NCBI GenBank assembly: GCA_029068025.1
Contig: JAIEDJ010000168.1
Coordinates: 1-48,078 of the forward strand
Reading direction: 5' to 3'
Origin: Oscillospiraceae bacterium
Lineage (GTDB): Bacteria > Bacillota > Clostridia > Oscillospirales > Ruminococcaceae
Length of the DNA stretch: 48,078 nt
Both the position numbers and the translations under genes were made by a program. Below are positions 30,220 through 38,293 of the stretch, one piece after another (the stretch's first letter is position 1; each line of letters starts with the position of its first letter). The notes below the pieces were generated by a model. It ran no database searches. It was given only the letters and a program-made list of their open reading frames with translations, and had not been told where the DNA came from.

Positions 30220-30906
30220 TTACTCCGCGCTCTGCCGCCGCGCCATTCTCCTCCAGTTGACAAACCCGTACAGATCGTTGACGAAGAACGCCGCAAAGCA
30301 TACTGTCACGGAGAGATAGCTTACATCACTGAAAGCTGCCAAAGTCCACAGCACTATCAGTACGAGATCGTTCGTAGCATAGGCGGCGGCGAACCACGGA
30401 CTTCTGCGGCACGTGAGATAAGCCGCAAAAAAGCTGGTAGTCACGGAAATGGTGCTTGGGATAAGGTTCGCCGTATTGAACGCCTTTAAAATAAAGTAGA
30501 AAATCACAGTAACAACGGCGGTGAGCAGCAGGGCAAAAACAAGCTCACGGCGGCTTATCCGGTTTACGCGAACCTCGCTTTTGCCGCTGCCGTATGGATT
30601 TCGCAGCCACGAGATCAGCGACATTATCGCCATGGGCATTGTCATTCCGAGATAGGTTATCATCTCGCCGTAGTAGGAAAACGTCAGCGAGATGATCCCG
30701 TACAACACGCTGAACACGATCATCAGCGCCTGTCCTATCGGATTACCCTTAGCGCAGAAGATCAGCGAGGTAACGCCGACAAGCGACGCGGCAAGCGTGA
30801 GGAGATTCACGCGGTCGAAGATCAGAAACGCCGAAACGATAAGCGCAGCGGAAACGCTCCACAGCAGCTTTTCGGTTCTTGTGAAGTAACAAATTCGGTT
30901 CTTCAT
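30220..30906 (-). CDS. PnuC-like transporter (guanidine-IV riboswitch controlled)
   Basis: About 7 TM helices; SLVGVTSLIFCAKG, YYGEM.TYL, YGFVNW are PnuC-family motifs. Confidence 0.85.
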   Translation of the reverse strand: MKNRICYFTRTEKLLWSVSAALIVSAFLIFDRVNLLTLAASLVGVTSLIFCAKGNPIGQALMIVFSVLYGIISLTFSYYGEMITYLGMTMPMAIMSLISWLRNPYGSGKSEVRVNRISRRELVFALLLTAVVTVIFYFILKAFNTANLIPSTISVTTSFFAAYLTCRRSPWFAAAYATNDLVLIVLWTLAAFSDVSYLSVTVCFAAFFVNDLYGFVNWRRMARRQSAE

Positions 30907-30927
30907 TCTAAAACAGCTCCCTTAACT

Positions 30928-31004
30928 AAAAAGGCACCCGCCGCGCCTCTTCAAAGACCTAACGAAGAGCGGCAAATGCCCGTCTGCCCGGTGGCAGTAT
31001 TCTG
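30928..31004 (-). ncRNA. Guanidine-IV (mepA/GGAM-1) riboswitch
   Basis: AAUACUGCCACCGGGCAG P1 with CCACCGG loop, followed by a long terminator stem with UUAGGUCU loop (ACC/GGU kissing potential) and a U-run; upstream of a PnuC-like gene, a known association. Confidence 0.85.
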
Positions 31005-31185
31005 TTAAGGCAATATCGCACAAAGATTGTCGTCTGATTACATCAGTAAATTTTTTCGTCAGATTGCCAAAAACGACGAAGTAATACTGACGTATTTCGA
31101 GGAGTTTTTGGTAAAAATGACGGAAAATTTACAAGTAAGCAGACGGCAAAGCGCGAAGCGCGGTCTTTGTGCGGTTTTGCCTTAA
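31005..31185. repeat. Family-C long imperfect palindrome (copy C4) between promoter and riboswitch
   Basis: TTAAGGCAA..CGCACAAAGA / TCTTTGTGCG..TTGCCTTAA termini; central AATACTGACGTATT; TTAA at both ends. Confidence 0.75.
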
Positions 31186-31189
31186 GTAT

Positions 31190-31218
31190 ATTATAACAAA
31201 AAACGTTTCAAAAGTCAA
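31190..31218 (-). promoter_or_regulatory. Sigma-A promoter of riboswitch-pnuC transcript
   Basis: TTGACT-17 bp-TATAAT with TG extension. Confidence 0.75.
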
Positions 31219-31237
31219 TACCATCCCGCCAATCTAT

Positions 31238-31585
31238 TTAAACAGTCACATAAGGACGCAGCTTTCCGAGAGTGGCTTGTCCTATCCCGCGGACGTTCAG
31301 CAACTCGTCCGCTGAGTTAAAATATCCGTGCTTCTCGCGATAGTCGATGATAGCTTGCGCTGTTACCAAGCCGACACCGTTGAGCTTCTGAAGCTCCCTT
31401 ACGGAGGCTGTGTTTATATTTATGATCGGCTGAACCGCTGCAGGGGTTTGCTCGTATATTTCCGCCGACCTTATCCGAATGGCGACCTCGTCACCAGTGA
31501 GTACAAAAACCGCCATGATCACCGCCGCTGCCGCTATAATCCCGGAGACGGTGGCTTTGATGTAATACTTTAGTCTGACCGACAT
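31238..31585 (-). CDS. comEA: ComEA-like helix-hairpin-helix DNA-binding protein
   Basis: N-terminal TM; ININTAS..ELQKLNGVG...AQAIIDYREKHG.F....EL..VRGIG. Confidence 0.85.
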   Translation of the reverse strand: MSVRLKYYIKATVSGIIAAAAVIMAVFVLTGDEVAIRIRSAEIYEQTPAAVQPIININTASVRELQKLNGVGLVTAQAIIDYREKHGYFNSADELLNVRGIGQATLGKLRPYVTV

Positions 31586-31687
31586 TTTTCCACCTTGCCT
31601 TGTTAAAAAACAATGCTCTTATAACGGAATTTTAACATATTAATGGGAAAATGTCAAGTATACTTTCGGTTTATTAATCAAAAACAC

Positions 31688-31800
31688 TTGACAAATCAAG
31701 AGCAAAATTGCTATAATGTAATTACAGAAATGTGTTGCATCATACTGCTACACCAAAAGATTTTTCCCCGGAGGGTTCAGCTCCTGGGGCGATCTTTTAT
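31688..31800 (+). ncRNA. Candidate small RNA U1 (orphan promoter plus about 75-nt structured transcript ending in a terminator-like stem)
   Basis: TTGACA-18-TATAAT at 31688-31717; hairpin GTGTTGCA/TGCTACAC; AAAAGAT..CCCCGGAG/CTCCTGGGG..ATCTTTT; no ORF with an RBS. Confidence 0.4.
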
Positions 31801-31841
31801 AGATCCTTTAGATTAAGTGCTTGGCTCACCTAATTACTTCC

Positions 31842-31969
31842 TACCGTCGAGCCATTTGCATTAATCATCGGGCTATCGCCCGAGAATCCGGCGTTTTTGG
31901 CTTTGCCCTGTCCTAATGGCAGGGCAATTTCGTGCTTCGCACGAAACCGCCAAAAGCCGCGTGTTGATC
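31842..31969. repeat. Family-D structured repeat (copy D1)
   Basis: About 128 bp, highly similar to 34023-34151; multiple hairpins. Confidence 0.85.
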
Positions 31970-32095
31970 AACGCCGGATTTTTTCATGGTCAAAGGTGTT
32001 ACTTTCCGAAAAATTTTCCAAAACCCCTTGATTTTTTTAATAAGTTGTGATACAATGTAAAAGTCGTTTGAACAATTAAACGGCAAAAATTTAAT

Positions 32096-32136
32096 ACGGT
32101 GTTTTCTTTGCCTAACCACCGTTAAAAAACAAGGAG
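32096..32136 (+). ncRNA. PreQ1 class-I-like riboswitch
   Basis: ACGGUG-loop(..CUUUG..UAAC)-CACCGU stem followed by A-rich tail UAAAAAACAAGGAG overlapping the RBS of queT. Confidence 0.65.
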
Positions 32137-32143
32137 ATTTTTT

Positions 32144-32668
32144 ATGCGAAAAAATGAAATTTTCAATGTGGTTAACCTCACGCGATTGGCTCTGGTTGCG
32201 GCGATGTATGTTGCTTTGACACTGGCAATACAGCCGCTCGGATACGGAGCGATACAGTTCCGTGTTTCCGAGGTATTGGTGCTGCTTTGCTTCTACCGCA
32301 AGGATTATACGATCGCGCTGATACTCGGCTGCTTGATCGCGAATCTGTTCAGCCCGTTCGGTCTTTACGATATCATCTTCGGTACGCTAGCGACGACCGT
32401 TGCGGTTATTCCGATGTATTACATGAAGAATATATTTCTGGCAGCGCTGCTGCCCGTTGTCAGCAACGGGGTGATCGTCGGGATCGAGCTGTATCTTTGC
32501 GGTGAGCCGCTCTGGTTCAGCATGGCGTCGGTAGCCCTCTCCGAACTTATCATTATAGGAATAATCGGCACAATAATCTTTAAGTTCGTTTTTGAGAAAA
32601 ACCGCGTTCTTATGAATATTATTGGCTCAACCAGAAACACGGCTTCAAACAAAACAGCGCAGGTATGA
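32144..32668 (+). CDS. queT: QueT family queuosine-precursor ECF transporter S component
   Basis: ALVAAMYVALT, YGAIQFRVSEVL, LGCLIANLFSPFG..DIIFG. Confidence 0.9.
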   Translation: MRKNEIFNVVNLTRLALVAAMYVALTLAIQPLGYGAIQFRVSEVLVLLCFYRKDYTIALILGCLIANLFSPFGLYDIIFGTLATTVAVIPMYYMKNIFLAALLPVVSNGVIVGIELYLCGEPLWFSMASVALSELIIIGIIGTIIFKFVFEKNRVLMNIIGSTRNTASNKTAQV

Positions 32669-32669
32669 T

Positions 32670-33041
32670 ATGAACTACATTGAATTCGGAAATAAGTGCT
32701 TTAACGTTCCCGCGTCGGAACAGTCGATCGATATTGTGATCGGCTCAAAAACGGAAGCGAACAGCTTGGAGGATTTTATCGAAAAAGCGGTAAACTACTT
32801 ATGCACCGAGATCTATATGGAACGTTCCGAAATTGTTTTCCCCAAAATAATAAACCGCTCCGCCGACAAGGGAAGTGAGCTTATCGCGGAGTTCCTGAGC
32901 GGAATGGATCAAAGCGTCGAACTGCACCTTGAGGAAATAACGAGCATAGTCTATGTTACCGAACCACGGTGGAACAACTACGATCTCGCGTTTGAAACAA
33001 ATAACAGCTATGTATTTTTCACGTGGTCAACAACAGCATAA
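32670..33041 (+). CDS. Hypothetical acidic protein
   Basis: ATG immediately after the queT stop; ends at a terminator; no motif recognised. Confidence 0.6.
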   Translation: MNYIEFGNKCFNVPASEQSIDIVIGSKTEANSLEDFIEKAVNYLCTEIYMERSEIVFPKIINRSADKGSELIAEFLSGMDQSVELHLEEITSIVYVTEPRWNNYDLAFETNNSYVFFTWSTTA

Positions 33042-33047
33042 GCAAAC

Positions 33048-33081
33048 ATCAAGAGCCGAAGCGAATGCTCCGGCTCTTGAT
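33048..33081. terminator. Bidirectional terminator
   Basis: ATCAAGAGCCG / CGGCTCTTGAT. Confidence 0.7.
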
Positions 33082-33082
33082 T

Positions 33083-33790
33083 TTAACTATGCTGATTTTT
33101 CCGACCTCTGAGAAAACTGCCAACAGGCTTTCCAAAAAGCTTCATAAACAGCTTGACAACGATCCCGACACACAAAGCGGCTATGATCGTTCCCTCGCGC
33201 GTTCCGCGGATATCTCCGAAGAATATCAGCGAAAGCGCAACGGCGATCACAACGCAGGTGATATCGAACACGATCTTCAATATCCCGAAATCCTTATGTA
33301 TCGTATCGGAGATTGCTTTTACAAATGCTTCTCCCGAGTTCATTATAACGTTCGCGATAACCGAGAGCGTTATTCCGAAGCCGAGAACCACAGTCCCAGA
33401 AACCGTAAGCGCCAACCGCAGCTGATAAAGCTCCCAATTGATGCCCGATACCATAAACATGGCGATATCGGTAAACCAACCGAACACGAACGACAGCGGT
33501 ATCTGCAAAAGCTGTATCCACTGAAATTTCCTCCGCAGAATGAGGATCTGTCCGAGGATAAGCGCACAGTTCCAGATAATGAGCCATGTTCCGAGCGACA
33601 GCTCTGTGAATTTCATACTCAGGATATTCGCGGTCGATGAGATCGGGGAAACCCCGAGATCTCCCTTTTTGGTGAGCGCCACTCCCAGCGCCGAAAAAAA
33701 CAAGCTTATCACCGCCAGCGTATAGCGCATGACAAGCTCTTTTGCGGGCATTCTTCTCTTTTGCCCGTCCTCAATAATTTGTTCTGACAC
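33083..33790 (-). CDS. YczE/YyaS/YitT-type membrane protein
   Basis: ALGVAL...GDLGVSPISS, LQIPLS.VFG.F.D, REGTII; two-fold repeated TM architecture. Confidence 0.85.
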   Translation of the reverse strand: MSEQIIEDGQKRRMPAKELVMRYTLAVISLFFSALGVALTKKGDLGVSPISSTANILSMKFTELSLGTWLIIWNCALILGQILILRRKFQWIQLLQIPLSFVFGWFTDIAMFMVSGINWELYQLRLALTVSGTVVLGFGITLSVIANVIMNSGEAFVKAISDTIHKDFGILKIVFDITCVVIAVALSLIFFGDIRGTREGTIIAALCVGIVVKLFMKLFGKPVGSFLRGRKNQHS

Positions 33791-33871
33791 AAAAATTACC
33801 TCCTTATACTATTACTTCATTATATCACTATGCCCGAAAAATGTCAAGACAGCACATTCTTGCGAAATGAC

Positions 33872-33996
33872 TTGACAAAAACAAATTATCGTTCTATAAT
33901 ATAATCGTAAACAACCGAGAATTGTTTTACGCAGTGCTTGTGCACAAAAGTTTGCCCCCCCGCGAGCCGTAATCTCGCGAGGGGTCGGTTTTTTTC
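33872..33996 (+). ncRNA. Candidate small RNA U2 (orphan promoter plus about 90-nt transcript with terminator)
   Basis: TTGACA-17-TATAAT at 33872-33900; hairpin CGTAAACAA/TTGTTTTACG; GC stem CCCC.CGCGAG/CTCGCG.GGGG followed by a T-run. Confidence 0.45.
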
Positions 33997-34022
33997 CCAT
34001 GCTTTCGCCGGTTATTTTCTCT

Positions 34023-34151
34023 TACTGTCAAGCCATCTGCATTGATCCTCGGGCTATTCGCCCGAGGATCCGGCGTTTTGGGCTTTGTTTTGCCCTAATG
34101 GCAGTGCAATTTCGTACTCCGCACGAAACCGCCAAAAGCCGCGTGTTGATC
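34023..34151. repeat. Family-D structured repeat (copy D2)
   Basis: Direct repeat of 31842-31969. Confidence 0.85.
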
Positions 34152-34261
34152 TTCACCAAATCAAAGTGATGTTACAGCATACTTGTCGAATAATGTCAAT
34201 CAAATTGCAATTGATCGGAAACCGAAAAAAATTCCCGAAGCTCCGCGCTCCGGGAAGATTT

Positions 34262-35191
34262 TTACTGTTGCTTTATAAACGGCTTTTCAAGCGCCTCGAT
34301 CATTTCATCGAGGTTTCCCGCCCAATCGTGCCAAGCCTCGTCATACGCCTTCCAGAGCTCGCCGAGCTTGGAGTCGAACAGCTTCTGCAGCACCTTCGAC
34401 GCTTTTTTCATCAGCTTCGACAGGTCGGTGTCAAATACCTTGTCAAGAAACACATCGTATTCCTTGTCGAATTTCGCTCTCTCGTCCGGATCATCGAGAT
34501 CAAGCTCAATAATATGATTGTAATCTATACCCTCCGCCTCCGAAAAAGCTACCAGACCCGCTGCGACAAGCCCTGCCGTACACTCATGATGATCGGAGTT
34601 CTTGTTGACCGCATACAGCAGCTGCCTGATATCGTTCTCAAGGTCATCGCTCTTTTCAAGCTGCTTAAAGGTCTTCATAGCGTCCTTGCTTGCCAGTACC
34701 TCCCAGCTGTAGATCCCGGCTGCCTTTCTCCTTTTCTCGAGCCTATGACCGACCTTGTACGCCTTTAAAGCGTATTCCATTCTGCTGACGGTCTCGATCC
34801 ACTCGATGGACAGCTCTTCATCGTGCCAATACTCGCCAAGCTCGGTATTCGGGAGCGAATGAAGGACCTTGATAGCCTTGTCAACAAGCGAGGACAGATC
34901 GGTATTGTATACCCTATCAAGAAAAGGAATGTATTCGTTCTCAAACTTTTCGTTCTGCTCGGGATCGTCGCGGTCGATATCTGTCAGATCCGAAGATCTC
35001 GTAGTAGCCAGGCAATACGACACCAGCGCAGCCGCCACATAAGCTTCAACGCTTGTGCGGTAGTCGGCATACGCTTTAAACTTGTCAAGCTTTTTCTCAA
35101 TATCGCCGGCAAGATCCTTGCTTGCGTTCAGCTCGTAGAACGTCTCCATTGCGTCGTCGTCACATAAGACTTGATAGCTCCAGGTACTCAT
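34262..35191 (-). CDS. Tandem DUF4259-like protein (two internal repeats)
   Basis: MSTWSYQVLCDDDAMETF...ELGEYW..W and GIYSWEVLASKDAMKTF...KLGELW..W repeats. Confidence 0.65.
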   Translation of the reverse strand: MSTWSYQVLCDDDAMETFYELNASKDLAGDIEKKLDKFKAYADYRTSVEAYVAAALVSYCLATTRSSDLTDIDRDDPEQNEKFENEYIPFLDRVYNTDLSSLVDKAIKVLHSLPNTELGEYWHDEELSIEWIETVSRMEYALKAYKVGHRLEKRRKAAGIYSWEVLASKDAMKTFKQLEKSDDLENDIRQLLYAVNKNSDHHECTAGLVAAGLVAFSEAEGIDYNHIIELDLDDPDERAKFDKEYDVFLDKVFDTDLSKLMKKASKVLQKLFDSKLGELWKAYDEAWHDWAGNLDEMIEALEKPFIKQQ

Positions 35192-35943
35192 AATTTTTTC
35201 TCCTTGTTCATTTTATCAAGATTATTAAGAAACGCCATACCTTTTCGGGCTTGCGAGTGTTCGTCGCAGTGCTTGATGTGATAAAGTATGCCGTCCTTTA
35301 CGAAGTTTGAACCGGTCTGATGAAAATCAAACACCACATTATATTTTAAGCATACCCCGCGGATCTTTTTGACCCACTCGAAGTCGCAGATCCGCGCTCC
35401 GGCGTAAGATTCGCCGCCGACCGAGACCTGCTCGATCTGTCCGCTTGCGAGATACCCGGAAAGCTCCACATATTCAAGTATCGGCGCAACGAATATCAGC
35501 TTGTGCTTTATCTTTGCGTCAAGCAATATCGGAAGACGCTTGTCCGCCATCTCTTGATTCTCGCAGCTCACCGCGATAACGACGTTGTCCCAACCGTCGC
35601 CCCAGTCATCGGGAACGCAGTCCGCAAACCGTGCTATGCGCTTTGTCGGTATAAGGAACACAATGTCGCTACGCTCGCGGATCATATCCCAGGCACTGCC
35701 GCGCCACTCGTCCGCTTCCTCGATAAAGAAATCCGAGGTAAAGCAGGAACCGAGCACCGTACCCGACGGGATCTTATAGTTTCCGTGCCTGTCCTTTTTG
35801 ACGGGATTGTTAAAGCTCGTCTTATTCTTGACGACCACTCCGGATTCCTTGTCACGGAGCGCGTCCAGATGGTAGACATAGCAGTTTTTGCAGCCGGGGC
35901 TGCATTTATGACAGCCGTGCCAGGGATTCCAATTCCATTGCAT
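35188..35943 (-). CDS. DUF5131 (phage Gp37/Gp68-like, radical-SAM-like) protein
   Basis: WNPWHGCHKCSPGCKNCY, TSDFF, TKR, ENQ..ADKRL, VSVGGES..AR. Confidence 0.85.
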   Translation of the reverse strand: MQWNWNPWHGCHKCSPGCKNCYVYHLDALRDKESGVVVKNKTSFNNPVKKDRHGNYKIPSGTVLGSCFTSDFFIEEADEWRGSAWDMIRERSDIVFLIPTKRIARFADCVPDDWGDGWDNVVIAVSCENQEMADKRLPILLDAKIKHKLIFVAPILEYVELSGYLASGQIEQVSVGGESYAGARICDFEWVKKIRGVCLKYNVVFDFHQTGSNFVKDGILYHIKHCDEHSQARKGMAFLNNLDKMNKEKKL

Positions 35944-36015
35944 TGTTTTCTCCGTTTTAAAGGAATTGAATCGTCCCGAATATCTTTTGACATTCGAGAC
36001 GATTTTTATAACCCA

Positions 36016-36270
36016 CTATTGATCGTCTGTGATATCCTCCGGCTTGTATATACACAATACTTCGCAGCTTGACTTTTCGAATACGTACAACCGCCCGCAG
36101 TCGGGGCATTTCCAGACGTCATAGTCGTTCATCTGCGCGAGATCCAAGGTGTCCACAGTGTCGTTTTCGAGTATCTCACACATACGCTTGTCCGAGTAAA
36201 CCGAAAACTCGATATCGTTCGGGATCCGTCCGTTCCACATATCACAGCCGCATTTACAAAGCAGGTGCAT
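36016..36270 (-). CDS. Small Cys-rich (zinc-ribbon-like) hypothetical protein
   Basis: CKCG and WKCPDCGRL motifs; starts 2 bp after the upstream stop. Confidence 0.7.
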   Translation of the reverse strand: MHLLCKCGCDMWNGRIPNDIEFSVYSDKRMCEILENDTVDTLDLAQMNDYDVWKCPDCGRLYVFEKSSCEVLCIYKPEDITDDQ

Positions 36271-36271
36271 T

Positions 36272-38194
36272 TTAACTCAGCATACTTTCCGCCTTGGAAA
36301 CAAGTCCTTCCACGTGCTGATTTATATCGGTTACTTCATTCATGGCAGTGCTTATATCATTACCCTTGCCCATAGTAGCGTTAATATTGTCGCGTATGCT
36401 CTTCATCATATCGAGGATCTCCAGCATTTTTTCGTTGAGATCCGCAACGATCTCATTGACCGTCTTGATATCGTTGAACACAAGCGCGTTGCTCTTTTCC
36501 GCCTCGGCGACAGCCTCCTGAGAATGTCCCGCAAGACTTCCTACCTCCTGGGCTACGACCGCGAAGCCCTTTCCCGCTTCTCCCGCGCGCGCCGCTTCAA
36601 TGCTCGCGTTGATGGAAAGGATGTTTATCTGCCGCGCGATATTGCTGATGTTCTGCGTGATCTTCGAGAAGCCCGAAACGCTGCCGTTTATCGACTCCAT
36701 AGCGGTGTTGATGTTCTCATTCTGATGCCGCAGCTCCTCGAGAATATCGGCAAGACCGATGATCTGGTCGTGGTTTGTTGTGTTAAGCTCCGAGATATCG
36801 CCGACAGCGTTCTTTACGTCGCCGATGTTTTCGGTAAGCTGAGCTACCACTTGATTAAGCTCGTTTGTTACCTCGCCGATCGCGGTGTTGGTCTCCTCGA
36901 TATGAGCGCTGCGGATATCCGCTTCATGCTGCATATACTGCGCGCAGCTCGTCATAGCTGAAACTCCTTTGATAATGGCCTCCGCCATCTTGCGGCAGGT
37001 CGGGAAACCACAGGAGTGACAATTGTAGTTTCGCTCAGTCTCGGTATGTTTGCCCATTTTTGTGAGCATATCATCGATCTGATCTTCGGACACGACAGTC
37101 TTTTTGATGTCCTCTGGTACATACTGACGTATAAAGTCCTCGGTCTTAAGTGTCCTGTCAAAATGCAGAAACTGCTTGTCGCGGTGCTTCATATCGAACT
37201 TTACGCGCTTGGTGCGGTTGTATTTTTCAATGCCGTTCATAATGCCGGACATTCTATATATCGACATCTGCTGACCTATGGCGGGACCGCTGCCACAGCC
37301 GTGGTCGCAGGAGAGCACATCAAACACATCGGGAAGATCACGTGCGCCGATCGACGAGTACATATCCAGATTTTTGTATACCGAATCTGTGCCTTCCGAG
37401 GTGATGACATTCAGCGCGGGATTTTCAAGCTCCAGACACGCCTTAAGTCCTCCGGGACGCGGATAAATAGCGCCCATGCTTCCCTGAATTCCCGAGAACT
37501 CGAAGTTTGAGCGCACCTTTCTCAAAGAATCAAAGTTTGTGCCGTTTCTCTTAAGCAGTTCGCCCAGACGTTCAAACGTAACATTGTATTCCACAAGACC
37601 CGTCTCGCGAAACTCGTCCATCTTGGCGATACACGGAGACAGCGCGGCGATCTTAGCCTGTTCGCCGAGATACTTTTTAAGATAGATCGCCGTGCACAGC
37701 ATGGGCGAATGTACGGGCGAGAGATTTTTCAGCGCGTCGTGACAGAACTTCTTTATGTAGTTGACGATAGCGGGACATGGTGCGGAGATAAGCTTCGTTC
37801 CCGGGTGCTTTTCAAGATATCGAATGTGTCCCCAGGTGCAGATATCCGCTCCGAAGGAAACGTCATAAATTTTCTTTACGCCGTTCTTGGTGAGAATATC
37901 CAGAACGTTTCTCCAGCAGCCGTCAAAGGACACTTTCACTGCGGGTGCACAGATAACGATGATGTTCTGACCGCTCTTGAGATCCTTCCAGAATCTTTCC
38001 GTATCGTCCTCATAGCTCCGCGCGTTGTGATTGCATATCTTCACGCACGCGCCGCAGCGGATGCACTTGTCCGGATTGATATTAAAACGGACGTTTCCGT
38101 TTTCGTCGTGTTCAACGGTATTTGCCTCAATGGACGGACAAACTCTGATACAGTTGTTGCACGCCACACATTTGCTGCCGTCAAAGGTTATCAT
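36272..38194 (-). CDS. Soluble [FeFe]-hydrogenase-like sensor fused to a methyl-accepting chemotaxis domain
   Basis: Two CxxCxxCxxxC ferredoxin motifs; H-cluster-like APCP, SPCIAK..E, LSC..GC..GP; NC.SCG..TC FeS motif; MCP signature IARQINILSINASIEAARAGEAGKGFAVVA; no TM. Confidence 0.9.
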   Translation of the reverse strand: MITFDGSKCVACNNCIRVCPSIEANTVEHDENGNVRFNINPDKCIRCGACVKICNHNARSYEDDTERFWKDLKSGQNIIVICAPAVKVSFDGCWRNVLDILTKNGVKKIYDVSFGADICTWGHIRYLEKHPGTKLISAPCPAIVNYIKKFCHDALKNLSPVHSPMLCTAIYLKKYLGEQAKIAALSPCIAKMDEFRETGLVEYNVTFERLGELLKRNGTNFDSLRKVRSNFEFSGIQGSMGAIYPRPGGLKACLELENPALNVITSEGTDSVYKNLDMYSSIGARDLPDVFDVLSCDHGCGSGPAIGQQMSIYRMSGIMNGIEKYNRTKRVKFDMKHRDKQFLHFDRTLKTEDFIRQYVPEDIKKTVVSEDQIDDMLTKMGKHTETERNYNCHSCGFPTCRKMAEAIIKGVSAMTSCAQYMQHEADIRSAHIEETNTAIGEVTNELNQVVAQLTENIGDVKNAVGDISELNTTNHDQIIGLADILEELRHQNENINTAMESINGSVSGFSKITQNISNIARQINILSINASIEAARAGEAGKGFAVVAQEVGSLAGHSQEAVAEAEKSNALVFNDIKTVNEIVADLNEKMLEILDMMKSIRDNINATMGKGNDISTAMNEVTDINQHVEGLVSKAESMLS

Positions 38195-38218
38195 ATCAAA
38201 TACTCCTTCGCTAATTTT

Positions 38219-38268
38219 AAAAAACGGCCCGCATACCCTCCGCTTTGCGGAAGGTAATGCAGACCGTT
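38219..38268 (-). terminator. Terminator after rny
   Basis: Long hairpin AACGGUCUGCAUUACCUUCCGC/GCGGAGGGUAUGCGGGCCGUU plus U-run. Confidence 0.7.
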
Positions 38269-38293
38269 AAGCTGTATGCTGATCCAAGCAGTA

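Noticed and set aside
30907-31004. NAD+-II or TPP riboswitch upstream of the PnuC-like gene
   Set aside because: The sequence matches guanidine-IV features instead; no TPP CUGAGA core
31842-34151. Family-D repeat as a c-di-GMP-I riboswitch or as an antisense promoter (TTGACA on minus strand of D2)
   Set aside because: Lacks the GGCAAA/GAAA tetraloop-receptor signature; no -10 box at the proper spacing, and the -35 is not conserved in D1
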